Source: a virus
Virus record (IMG/VR): IMGVR_UViG_3300025133_000023
Length of the DNA stretch: 64,000 nucleotides
Direction: 5' to 3' (one strand)
How positions within the stretch are numbered: the stretch's first letter is position 1; each line of letters opens with the position of its first letter. The notes beneath the pieces are model-generated. The model was given only the letters and a program-made list of their open reading frames with translations. It was not told where the DNA came from and searched no databases. The position numbers and the translations under genes were made by a program. Positions 1-8,423 of the stretch are shown here, piece after piece.

Positions 1-315
1 CGCTCTAGCATCTGTATCAAAAGTCTCTAAGGGTTCCTTAAAGGATTGCCCAACGTGAGATTGAGCAGCTAGATTGAAGTACTTCTCAGGCTTATACTCT
101 TGAACTATCCAGTTGATAAATGAGGCGTCCTTTATGTCTCCAAAGCAGGAGATGAAGGATGGGTGATCAGCAAAAAGGGTTGTATTTTCCCCCAGCCCAA
201 CCCGGGTACTTTTTCTCCTGTCGATCCCGACGACCGTATAGCCCTTGGCTAGAAGATGCTCGGCCAAATACGACCCGTCCTGACCCGAAATGCCTGTTAT
301 CACAGCTGTTTTCAT
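1..315 (-). CDS. gmd: GDP-mannose 4,6-dehydratase (5' part; runs off the left window edge)
   Basis: Not in the ORF track; hand-translated from ATG at 315: MKTAVITGISGQDGSYLAEHLLAKGYTVVGIDRR...YFNLAAQSHVGQSFKEPLETFDTDARA. TGISGQDGSYLAE and NLAAQSHV are Gmd signatures. Strong SD AAGGAG at 322-327. Confidence 0.92.
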   Translation of the reverse strand, partial: MKTAVITGISGQDGSYLAEHLLAKGYTVVGIDRRKSTRVGLGENTTLFADHPSFISCFGDIKDASFINWIVQEYKPEKYFNLAAQSHVGQSFKEPLETFDTDARA

Positions 316-474
316 TTTAATCTCCTTAGCAAGTAACCAAGCCTTAAACTCCTCTAAGCCAGAGCATCGCTTTCGAGAGAAATGAACACTAAGCCCCTGG
401 AAAGTAGTGAAATGCTTGCCACAACAATCAAAACCATCCTGTCCACTGACTCCAGTTACTATTGCTGTCTTCAT
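316..474 (-). other. In-frame 53-codon upstream extension of gmd: duplicated Gmd start (MKTAIVTGVSGQDG) plus a zinc-finger-like insert
   Basis: ATG at 474 overlaps the TAA of the aminotransferase (TAATG). Hand translation MKTAIVTGVSGQDGFDCCGKHFTTFQGLSVHFSRKRCSGLEEFKAWLLAKEIK continues without a stop into the second MKTAVITG. Confidence 0.8.
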
Positions 475-1583
475 TACTGACTCCTGTACGCTTCTACGGC
501 TGCAATGACTTCATCAACCTGTTCATTGGTCATTGTTGGGAACACAGGCAGACTAAGGAGACGATCACAAAGATCTCGGGCCACCCTGAATCCTCCCTTA
601 TCCTTTGTAAGATAGGGAGTAGAGTCAGTGATAATCGATGGATAGTGTAAACCACAAGCAACACCAGCCTCACCTAGCCAAGCCATAAGGGCCTCTCTAT
701 CCTCCTTACTATCACACTTATACTCATACAAGTGAAAGACAGGAACAGCTATTGGATCAATGAATGGAGCCCTATTCCCAAAGGCTTTATCATAACGCGC
801 AGCAACCTCTCGTCGCCTAGCATTCCATGAATCCAAAGACTTAAGTGCATGTCTGAGCTGAGCAGCATGAATAGAGTCCAAGCGATGGTTATGTCCAATA
901 ATTACATGATCATATTTTGAAGCGCTTCCTTGGTTAATGATTTGTCGAGCAACTTCAGCCAAACCAGGGCTTTTGGTAATAATTGCTCCACCCTGTCCAC
1001 AGGTTCCTAAATTCTTAGCCGGGTAAAAGGACGTACAAGCTATATCACTTAACTCACCCACCCCATAGCCCCCAGACCGGGCTCCAATCGCCTGTGCAGC
1101 ATCTTCAATAAGAGCGACGCCGTAGTCCTTGGCTAGCTCTGCAAAGAGCTTCATATCAACCATCTGTCCATATAGATGAACGGGCATGATGGCCTTAATA
1201 CTCTTCGCATCCTGTTTAGATAGTTCCTTGATACACCCATCAACACTCATTAGGTAGGTAGACGGATCTACATCCACAAACACAGGCGTAGCACCTGCTG
1301 CGGTAATAGCAAAGGCGCTTGCAATGAAAGTGTTAACGGGAACAAGAACTCTATCCCCAGGCCCAATCTCCAAGGCGCGTAGAGCAACCTCTAGAGCTGA
1401 TGTTCCACTACTACAACCAATAGCAAAATCTACACCCATGTATTCGGCAAACTCTTCTTCAAACTTATTCAAAAACGGACCACCAACAACCCACCACGAT
1501 CGAAGCACTTCTAGTACATCGTTTTCGATAGCTTGCTGAATGGGGAGATACTGACCCTTAAGGTCAACGAAGGGAACTGTCAT
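474..1583 (-). CDS. DegT/DnrJ/EryC1/StrS-family PLP-dependent nucleotide-sugar aminotransferase
   Basis: VPFVDL start, SSGTSALEVAL, PVHLYGQ, IEDAAQAIG (PLP-binding Asp), SFYPAKNLG (Schiff-base Lys), LSLPVFP. Confidence 0.95.
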   Translation of the reverse strand: MTVPFVDLKGQYLPIQQAIENDVLEVLRSWWVVGGPFLNKFEEEFAEYMGVDFAIGCSSGTSALEVALRALEIGPGDRVLVPVNTFIASAFAITAAGATPVFVDVDPSTYLMSVDGCIKELSKQDAKSIKAIMPVHLYGQMVDMKLFAELAKDYGVALIEDAAQAIGARSGGYGVGELSDIACTSFYPAKNLGTCGQGGAIITKSPGLAEVARQIINQGSASKYDHVIIGHNHRLDSIHAAQLRHALKSLDSWNARRREVAARYDKAFGNRAPFIDPIAVPVFHLYEYKCDSKEDREALMAWLGEAGVACGLHYPSIITDSTPYLTKDKGGFRVARDLCDRLLSLPVFPTMTNEQVDEVIAAVEAYRSQ

Positions 1584-1770
1584 TATAATAATTCCTTAAT
1601 ATGATACGAACCTTCTCGATAAGCTCTAAGTTAGCCCAAAGCTTACCTTTGGTTGCATCAATTGCTAATTGATTAAAAGGTCCTCTCAAGGGCAAGTTAT
1701 GTCTTAGATACTTGCAAGCCATATCGGCAAACTCAACCAGCAGAGCAATTTCTTCAGGAGTGAGTTCCAA
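1564..1770 (-). CDS. Small hypothetical protein (68 aa, TTG start)
   Basis: Fills the gap between two sugar genes on the coding strand; no recognisable motif. Confidence 0.5.
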   Translation of the reverse strand: MELTPEEIALLVEFADMACKYLRHNLPLRGPFNQLAIDATKGKLWANLELIEKVRIILRNYYNDSSLR

Positions 1771-1778
1771 AACTAATA

Positions 1779-2525
1779 CTACTTCTTATAGTCCCCAGTT
1801 CTTCCGGGGAGATTTCCGTAAAGGCCGAACTCATATCTAAAGTCCTCCGGCCAATACTCTCGATCAAGCATCCATGTTTGTGCATCGGTTGAATGTTTAA
1901 AGTTTCGAGGGATAGGTGCTAATTCCATACCAGGACCTGGTCTACATTTCTTGGGACCAAAGCCATGATGGTAATGAACTAAATAATCATCAACAACATG
2001 GGCAGGAATGGTTTCCCCATCTCCCATATCTGATGTTGGTAGGCAATGCCTATTAATTCCATCTGGAAATCTTACACCATTGTAGGCAGTCCTATCAAAT
2101 AATCTAAGCTGTGAATCTGGAAACCAAGTAGGAGCATAAGCCTTTCTTGAAAACAATGAATATCTAGGAAAACGATAAGCTGAAGATAACCCACTTAGGG
2201 CTAGGGTGGAAAGGTTTGCGCTATCACTAAGGCATTCGTCAGCACCTAGGAGAAAAACCCAATCAGTGGAAGACATATCTATAAGAAGATTTAATCGACC
2301 TGACTGATCCCAACTGTCATCATACATCCGGCGTACCTTTTGCGGCTTACTTATGTAGGTTACCCGAGAATCTTTCTCTGCAACTTCAGCTAGATATTTT
2401 TCTGTTCCATCTGTACTACCGCCATCCAAAACTATTACATGGTGACAATGCCTTGTAGCATTATGTAATGATGCCCTAATATAAAACATCTCATTCAACG
2501 TCAAAACTAGACCTGTAATTTTCAT
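1779..2525 (-). CDS. GT2/GT-A family glycosyltransferase
   Basis: ITGLVLTLNE, VIVLDGGSTDGT, WVFLLGADE (degenerate DxD), FPDSQLRLF. Start moved from 2549 to the ATG at 2525, which forms an ATGA overlap with the upstream stop. Confidence 0.85.
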   Translation of the reverse strand: MKITGLVLTLNEMFYIRASLHNATRHCHHVIVLDGGSTDGTEKYLAEVAEKDSRVTYISKPQKVRRMYDDSWDQSGRLNLLIDMSSTDWVFLLGADECLSDSANLSTLALSGLSSAYRFPRYSLFSRKAYAPTWFPDSQLRLFDRTAYNGVRFPDGINRHCLPTSDMGDGETIPAHVVDDYLVHYHHGFGPKKCRPGPGMELAPIPRNFKHSTDAQTWMLDREYWPEDFRYEFGLYGNLPGRTGDYKK

Positions 2526-3361
2526 ACTTGAGCCTCTAATATAGCCCACTCTTTGGGATGAGGGTTAATAGGAAACCACAAATCTTGAAAATGATTAGGG
2601 TGTCGTCCGTTGTATCTTTTAAGATTAGGTAAGCTTTTCTTCATCTCGTAGTCGAACTCATTAAACTTTTCAGGAAGCTCTACTTCAAATTCTTTATCGT
2701 TCGTATACCAAGCCTTTCCTAGGATGCGTCTCATTCCCATAGCGCGAGCTGACCGTACCCATCCATAGTGCCAAAGTGGAATAGATAGGCTAAGCATTTC
2801 TTTACCCCCATAGTTATGAAGAGTAATCTCTTTTCCGTTAACCCTTCCAACTACATCACAAACAGGTCTACGGTTATCGTCTGTGCGGAAGTTCTTAACA
2901 GCAAAACCACTAGAACGATGACCTATTCGACAGTGACGCTTATAGAATGCAGGCCCCTGTGCAATATAGCGAGGCGTCCCATAAAAATGAGTAACCGGAA
3001 GGGAGGCAAATTGTGTTCCCCCTTTTCCCAACTGGTCTTTAAGGGTAGCCATGTGGTCTTCATGAATACCCTCGTCAGCATCCACAGCAAAAACCCAATC
3101 ACAGGAACTCATCTGGAAGGCTACATCCCAGGCCTTCTCTTGCCAGTGACGATTAAATTCAAATCCATATACCTTATAGCGAATGCGTCCTCGATACTTT
3201 GCTGCCAAATCTTCAACAATACCAACAGTATTATCTTGTGATAGGCCGACACTAATAGAAACCTCATCACAACCAACCAAGGCTTGCTCAATAGCAGCCT
3301 CCAGCCCGTAGTCCATAATTTCTACGTTCCGGGCTTTCATAATAGCTGTGATAGAAGTCAT
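2522..3361 (-). CDS. GT2/GT-A family glycosyltransferase
   Basis: SQDNTVGIV, DWVFAVDADE (DxD), LWHYGWVR motif typical of GT2 enzymes. Confidence 0.85.
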   Translation of the reverse strand: MTSITAIMKARNVEIMDYGLEAAIEQALVGCDEVSISVGLSQDNTVGIVEDLAAKYRGRIRYKVYGFEFNRHWQEKAWDVAFQMSSCDWVFAVDADEGIHEDHMATLKDQLGKGGTQFASLPVTHFYGTPRYIAQGPAFYKRHCRIGHRSSGFAVKNFRTDDNRRPVCDVVGRVNGKEITLHNYGGKEMLSLSIPLWHYGWVRSARAMGMRRILGKAWYTNDKEFEVELPEKFNEFDYEMKKSLPNLKRYNGRHPNHFQDLWFPINPHPKEWAILEAQV

Positions 3362-3363
3362 AA

Positions 3364-4287
3364 TTAGATAGCACTCACTACAGCATATCCATGCTCAAAA
3401 CTAATTCGGTTTACTTCCTCAGGATTAATCCCTGCAACTAGACTTAACCAAAAATCTAATTCGGCCCTGAGTGGCTCGGAGTGATCTTTTACTTCAAGAA
3501 CCTTAAGAATACCAGGCTTATTTTCACCAATAATTCGTTGATCCCAGAAGGCTAACTCCTTAGGCTTAGACATGTCATACTCTATGATACCATCAGTTCC
3601 TAGAATACTTATTTTTCTTACCTTTTCAGTATGAGCCCAACTGTAGTTAACAAGGGCATCAACCCCTGACGCCAGCCTATACAGAGAAGAGCCGGCCACC
3701 GAGATAGACTCATTGTCTAGCGATGTTCTTGACAAAAGAACAGGGTTATCTCCTGTAAGGTACTGGATAATACTAAGGTCATGAGGCAAGAGGTCTAGCT
3801 CTACACCACACTCTTGAAACTTACCCCAGTTAAGACGACTAATATTAATAGCCTTAACCTTTCCTACCTTTCCACTATCTATAAGCCTTTTAAGCTCAAG
3901 GATCTCAGGACTGAAAACGAAAATATGACCAACACAACAAGTAAGGTGACTAAAGGTTCGACTTAAAGAAAGCAACTGACTAGCATCACTATCAGACGCA
4001 GCAAGAGGCTTCTCTACAAAAATATGTTTACCCGCCATTAAGCAAAGCCTAGCGATAGCTAGGTGTGTGGACGGAGGGGTAACAATAGCTACAGCATTAA
4101 CCGTATTGTCACTAAGGATTGTTTCAATAGAAGCAACCTCCACCCCTGGATATTTGTCAGCCTGAGCTTGGGCTAGATCTGGGTCCAGATCGCATACATA
4201 CTTAAGGTCAGATATAGTGTTAAGGTTTCGAGTAATGTTGGGGCCCCAATAGCCACAACCAATAACAGCAGTCCCTAGGTTTTTCAT
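3364..4287 (-). CDS. Gfo/Idh/MocA-family NAD-dependent oxidoreductase (GnnA/WbpB-like sugar 3-dehydrogenase candidate)
   Basis: VIGCGYWG Rossmann motif, HIFVEKPLA (EKP), VGH, DLLPHDLSI (DxxxHD). Confidence 0.92.
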   Translation of the reverse strand: MKNLGTAVIGCGYWGPNITRNLNTISDLKYVCDLDPDLAQAQADKYPGVEVASIETILSDNTVNAVAIVTPPSTHLAIARLCLMAGKHIFVEKPLAASDSDASQLLSLSRTFSHLTCCVGHIFVFSPEILELKRLIDSGKVGKVKAINISRLNWGKFQECGVELDLLPHDLSIIQYLTGDNPVLLSRTSLDNESISVAGSSLYRLASGVDALVNYSWAHTEKVRKISILGTDGIIEYDMSKPKELAFWDQRIIGENKPGILKVLEVKDHSEPLRAELDFWLSLVAGINPEEVNRISFEHGYAVVSAI

Positions 4288-5252
4288 AGACTGGTAGCTC
4301 CTTTAATTCTGTATTTACGCAAAAAGATCTTCATCATAGCTGAGATGACATGAGGCTTTACGTGACGATTATCATCTGTAAAGGGATCTTTGATTGCTTG
4401 GGTAATAATGTCATACGATTCAAAATATGTTGTGTTGTTATAGCTTTGACAAAAATATTCAGCAGCGGTGCGTAACGTACACTTACTGAGCCCATTAGCC
4501 ACCCAGGTATTAACGTTACGGCGGAAAGTTGCATGTAGAGGAACAGGACTTACACTCAAAATAATCTGAGCTGAAGGGTTGTGCTCTTTAAGGAGCTCAC
4601 GACACCGATTGAGATCACCCAAAACTTCATCAACCGTTTGAATATGGAACTCATGTATTTTTGGATCATAAAGCCCTATGCTAACTGGAGGCATAAGACT
4701 AAAAGTAGAGTGATCTCTCGAATCCCTCCAAGTTTCCGTTAGTCCTAGGGTAAGAATAACTACCTTAGCTGTTGTAAGGGCCTTTCTAGAGGCACTAACA
4801 TGTTTTTGGAAGTCAATCTCTTTAGACTCCCAGTCATAGTATGAGTACTCTCTAAAAGGATCAATAGCCCTTTTATCAGGATGTCTCCACCAACGCTGAA
4901 CTGGATTAAAATTACCCAAAGAGTACTCAAAGATTTGTCTCATTGAAGCACTGTTGTAAACCCTATTCCATCCACAACTAGCATGGAGACAATTGTGAGG
5001 TTCAGTTATCAAATAGTTGTATTTGGCTTTGCGCAAGAAGGTTGCAATATTTCTAGCGAAACAAGACCCCATACTTGTAATTGGGGTTCGCTGATCAATT
5101 AGATGGCATCTTCCATACTTAGCAAACTGATGAATATCTATTTTCCCTGGATTAATAAGATCAGTCAACTGAAAACGACCACCAGAAAAAGGGACAAGCC
5201 TATTACTCAGCTCTGTCGTCAACCCACTCTCCTCGCTTAATTGTAGTTTCAT
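4284..5252 (-). CDS. GSCFA-domain protein
   Basis: Literal MGSCFA motif, VILTLGLTETW, ILSVSPVPL, YFESYDII, DNRHV. Confidence 0.88.
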   Translation of the reverse strand: MKLQLSEESGLTTELSNRLVPFSGGRFQLTDLINPGKIDIHQFAKYGRCHLIDQRTPITSMGSCFARNIATFLRKAKYNYLITEPHNCLHASCGWNRVYNSASMRQIFEYSLGNFNPVQRWWRHPDKRAIDPFREYSYYDWESKEIDFQKHVSASRKALTTAKVVILTLGLTETWRDSRDHSTFSLMPPVSIGLYDPKIHEFHIQTVDEVLGDLNRCRELLKEHNPSAQIILSVSPVPLHATFRRNVNTWVANGLSKCTLRTAAEYFCQSYNNTTYFESYDIITQAIKDPFTDDNRHVKPHVISAMMKIFLRKYRIKGATSL

Positions 5253-5955
5253 TTGATTGTCGAATTAGCTCAGTTAGCATTGTTGCTGTTAGCTGGTCTA
5301 GCAGTGGAAGGTTCTGCATAATGCAGTGTCCGCCAATAACACCAGGGAACTTATTCTGAATATCATAATCGCTAGCTTGAAGCTTCCAAATCTGACTAAC
5401 AAAGTCATAGTCCGCCTGTGCCGTGTCGCATAGTTGTTGAGCCATTTGAGTCCAGGCAATGAGGTACCCAACCAAAGTTGTTTGGAGGATCTTAGCTAGC
5501 TCTGCGTTCTCTGGTTTGTTACCCATCCATCGTGGCTTAAACCCAGCAGCACTTAGCTTAGCCATAAGGTCAGGCTTAAAGTGGGTTCCACTAATGAACT
5601 TAGGATACTTGAGCATGTCCGAAGTCATCTGATCATTAGCATGCTTTCCTAGTACTGGGGAATGGTATACGAAAGACTGGGTCTGTTCCTGAATACGACG
5701 CGTAGTTCCAACGGGAACAGTAGCGTGAATAACTGTATAGAGGGGGGTATAGGTTCGAATATATTCTGAAACAATATTCTCAAATCCCTTTAACTCTCCA
5801 GGGATACAGATATGCATGCAAAACACATTCTCATCCCTTTTGGGCGGATGAAAGCCCTGAGCTGGGTCGATAGCTTTTACGTCATCACAAGCAGCAGCTA
5901 GCAAATGATAAATAGGATTACCAATCTCGCCTAAACCAATAACAAGATGTTTCAT
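5203..5955 (-). CDS. Short UDP-glucose/GDP-mannose dehydrogenase-family protein (no C-terminal domain)
   Basis: VIGLGEIG, ATVPVGTT, AELAKIL (catalytic Lys region), PGVIGGHCI (catalytic Cys). Ends at 250 aa. Confidence 0.8.
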   Translation of the reverse strand: MKHLVIGLGEIGNPIYHLLAAACDDVKAIDPAQGFHPPKRDENVFCMHICIPGELKGFENIVSEYIRTYTPLYTVIHATVPVGTTRRIQEQTQSFVYHSPVLGKHANDQMTSDMLKYPKFISGTHFKPDLMAKLSAAGFKPRWMGNKPENAELAKILQTTLVGYLIAWTQMAQQLCDTAQADYDFVSQIWKLQASDYDIQNKFPGVIGGHCIMQNLPLLDQLTATMLTELIRQSNETTIKRGEWVDDRAE

Positions 5956-6590
5956 TAATAGCTCCTTCTATTGGGACGCCGACATTTCTCCCACTCTGCT
6001 TCTAGTCCAGAAATGAAACTATCATCTCCACTAGGGAGATTCCACTTCTTAAAGCTATAAGTGTTCTGGCCTAGCGGCTTGCCGGGAATATATTTAGCAA
6101 GGGGTGGAATGTCTTTAACTATTGTAGAGTTCATAGCAGTCATACTATAAGCGCCCACCGTAGTAAACTGATGAGTTATAACCCCAAGCCCAACATTGGC
6201 TGCTCGCATGATGCGAGTCCAGCCTCCTAAGCATACGTTCGTACTTAAGATAGCGTATGGCTCTAAGTAACAATCGTGACTAATATGGCAACGAGCCATG
6301 ACATAGCAATCATCCCCAATAAAGGTAAGGTCTTTCATTGGAGAGTTCACAGTCGTAAACTCCCTAATGACAATACGATCCCCAATAACAATCTTACCCG
6401 GAGATCTGTATACAGGATTAAGCTCATACTTATCACTAGAGTGCTCAGCCCATTGACCTATACTTACGTGTGGACCAATGTGACAATTTTCCCCAATGAA
6501 CGTATTGCCTTCAATAACACAATAAGGACCGATATAGGTACTTCTAGGAACACTAATATGAGGAGCAACCAAAGCAGTAGAATGAATCAT
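5955..6590 (-). CDS. LpxA-like left-handed beta-helix (hexapeptide repeat) acyl/acetyltransferase
   Basis: MIHSTALV, hexapeptide repeats, IREFTTVN and VMARCHISHDC, which match the LpxA IRE.vTI and .AHDC motifs. Confidence 0.85.
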   Translation of the reverse strand: MIHSTALVAPHISVPRSTYIGPYCVIEGNTFIGENCHIGPHVSIGQWAEHSSDKYELNPVYRSPGKIVIGDRIVIREFTTVNSPMKDLTFIGDDCYVMARCHISHDCYLEPYAILSTNVCLGGWTRIMRAANVGLGVITHQFTTVGAYSMTAMNSTIVKDIPPLAKYIPGKPLGQNTYSFKKWNLPSGDDSFISGLEAEWEKCRRPNRRSY

Positions 6591-6599
6591 AGTTTACCT

Positions 6600-8423
6600 T
6601 TAGGCTGTCAAATCTACTTCTTTTGTATCCCACCAGCGAACCATTTCAGTTACTAGGCCAAGCTGTCCTACAAATGAACCAGTCTTCTTTAAGTCTACAG
6701 TGAGGCGACCCTCTACAACTTCACCAACTTTAAGCTCCTTAGGCAATTCGTATAACCCATAGCTTGGATCAGACGCTTCCTTTCCGTTCTTACCAACAGC
6801 TCTGCTGAACCGAACATGAAGCTTATTGTCGGAAGCGTAAACTTTTCCACTATCGTTTGTAACTTTGAAATAGATATAGCGCTTAGAGCTTCTCTTGGTA
6901 ATCTTAATGATTTCGATTTTCATATAATTCTCTCCTTTAAGGATAGGCTTAGTCTCTTCTAAAATCACCAACCTATCTGGGACAGTGATATTCAGAAGGC
7001 TTTTAGCCGCTTGGTTATAGGTATTATTTTCCCGAATCCATTTCGCAGCAGCAAGCCCTACTTTATGGGCCTTGTCTTGCTCACGGTAAACCTGACGCAT
7101 CTTCTGGGCCAGAGCGGGGACATCGATCTCTGCAAATTGTCCGAAAACTTCAGACCCATTATTCTCTGCCTGAAGCCAGCCAGGAATTCTAGCATCCTGA
7201 AGACCCTTAGGATTAACCCAATAGCTTACACCCCTGATACAAATGTCTTCTAAAGCACTCCACTTACATAAAATAACTGGAAGTCCAGTAGACATTGCTT
7301 CACGGGGAGGAAGGCCGAAACCCTCCCCAGAAGAAGCAAAGACCAAACAGTCGACATTCTGCAACAAGCTTAGCATCTTAGGCTGGGATAGCCTCCCATC
7401 TATGATCTTTTCATTAGGCCTTAATCGAGGAACGTTTCCCCCAAAAGAAGTCTTAATGATAAGCTCCACATTTTTGTCTTTAGGAAACGCTGTCCGAAAA
7501 GCTTGAAGGGTAAGATCGGCGTTTTTTCTAGGACAATCCCATCGAGTATTGCTATAGAGTAAAAAGCGAAATGGTCTATCCTTAGTGAGCGATCTCTTAA
7601 GTAGTGGCCAACGTTCAGGATCAACTCCAAGGGGTGAAACCTTAATAGGTATTCTTACTCCAGAGTCTTCAAAGACAGTCTTATTAAACTCAGCAGGGAC
7701 AACAACGTAATCAAAATGAGAGTTGATTTTCTTAGGCCAATTAGAGGGAAGCTGTGTTGTTTCAAACATTGTCATCAACCCTAGCCTTAACCCTTTGGCT
7801 CTAGCAATCCTGCTCTTGGGTGCTTTATTCCAACCATTGGGAGTGTAATAAAGAAGATACTCTCTTATCGTCATGGACTGCTGCCTCTGAGACTCTTTTA
7901 CTAAACGTAATCCATCTTTACTAGCTAGTCTTATAGAGTCTGGAAAGGACTCGAAGGCATCCCAATGCATTTGTTTATCTAGACGAGCCATAGCAACAGC
8001 TAACGCTTCAGCGGAAGACCCATACCCATCACAAGGATTAAACACAGAGGTAAAGCACAGACTAATTTCCTTTTCTCGGTTCATTGGGGAGTCGGAAACC
8101 GCTTCAAGCGCCGACTCTTTGATTTTGATCTTGAATTTGTCACATAGAAACGCCAACGCCGTCTCATACCATAGTGTTCTATGAGTATCTTTGAACACAT
8201 TGCTCACCATCACTGTTGTTGAGAATCTAGAGGGTACAAACCTATTGGTAGGAATATAGGTAATGCTAAAGTTTTGCCTAATGGACTTCAGCATAAAAGG
8301 CTGGACAACAAAGACCCAAGCCATGCTTCTGTTTCCAAAAGCGACAATACACTCAACAGCTCGAGTTATAGCCTCAATCTGTTGAGCATCACTTCCGACA
8401 AAATACAGAGCAATCTTTTTCAC
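6600..8423 (-). CDS. GT4/GT-B glycosyltransferase with extra N- and C-terminal domains
   Basis: DGYGSSAE, TMFET, VVVPAEFN, DCLVFASSGEGFGLPPREAMSTGLPVI. Likely start is the GTG at 8423 (TAGTG overlap, AAGGA upstream) rather than 8498. Confidence 0.9.
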   Translation of the reverse strand: MKKIALYFVGSDAQQIEAITRAVECIVAFGNRSMAWVFVVQPFMLKSIRQNFSITYIPTNRFVPSRFSTTVMVSNVFKDTHRTLWYETALAFLCDKFKIKIKESALEAVSDSPMNREKEISLCFTSVFNPCDGYGSSAEALAVAMARLDKQMHWDAFESFPDSIRLASKDGLRLVKESQRQQSMTIREYLLYYTPNGWNKAPKSRIARAKGLRLGLMTMFETTQLPSNWPKKINSHFDYVVVPAEFNKTVFEDSGVRIPIKVSPLGVDPERWPLLKRSLTKDRPFRFLLYSNTRWDCPRKNADLTLQAFRTAFPKDKNVELIIKTSFGGNVPRLRPNEKIIDGRLSQPKMLSLLQNVDCLVFASSGEGFGLPPREAMSTGLPVILCKWSALEDICIRGVSYWVNPKGLQDARIPGWLQAENNGSEVFGQFAEIDVPALAQKMRQVYREQDKAHKVGLAAAKWIRENNTYNQAAKSLLNITVPDRLVILEETKPILKGENYMKIEIIKITKRSSKRYIYFKVTNDSGKVYASDNKLHVRFSRAVGKNGKEASDPSYGLYELPKELKVGEVVEGRLTVDLKKTGSFVGQLGLVTEMVRWWDTKEVDLTA

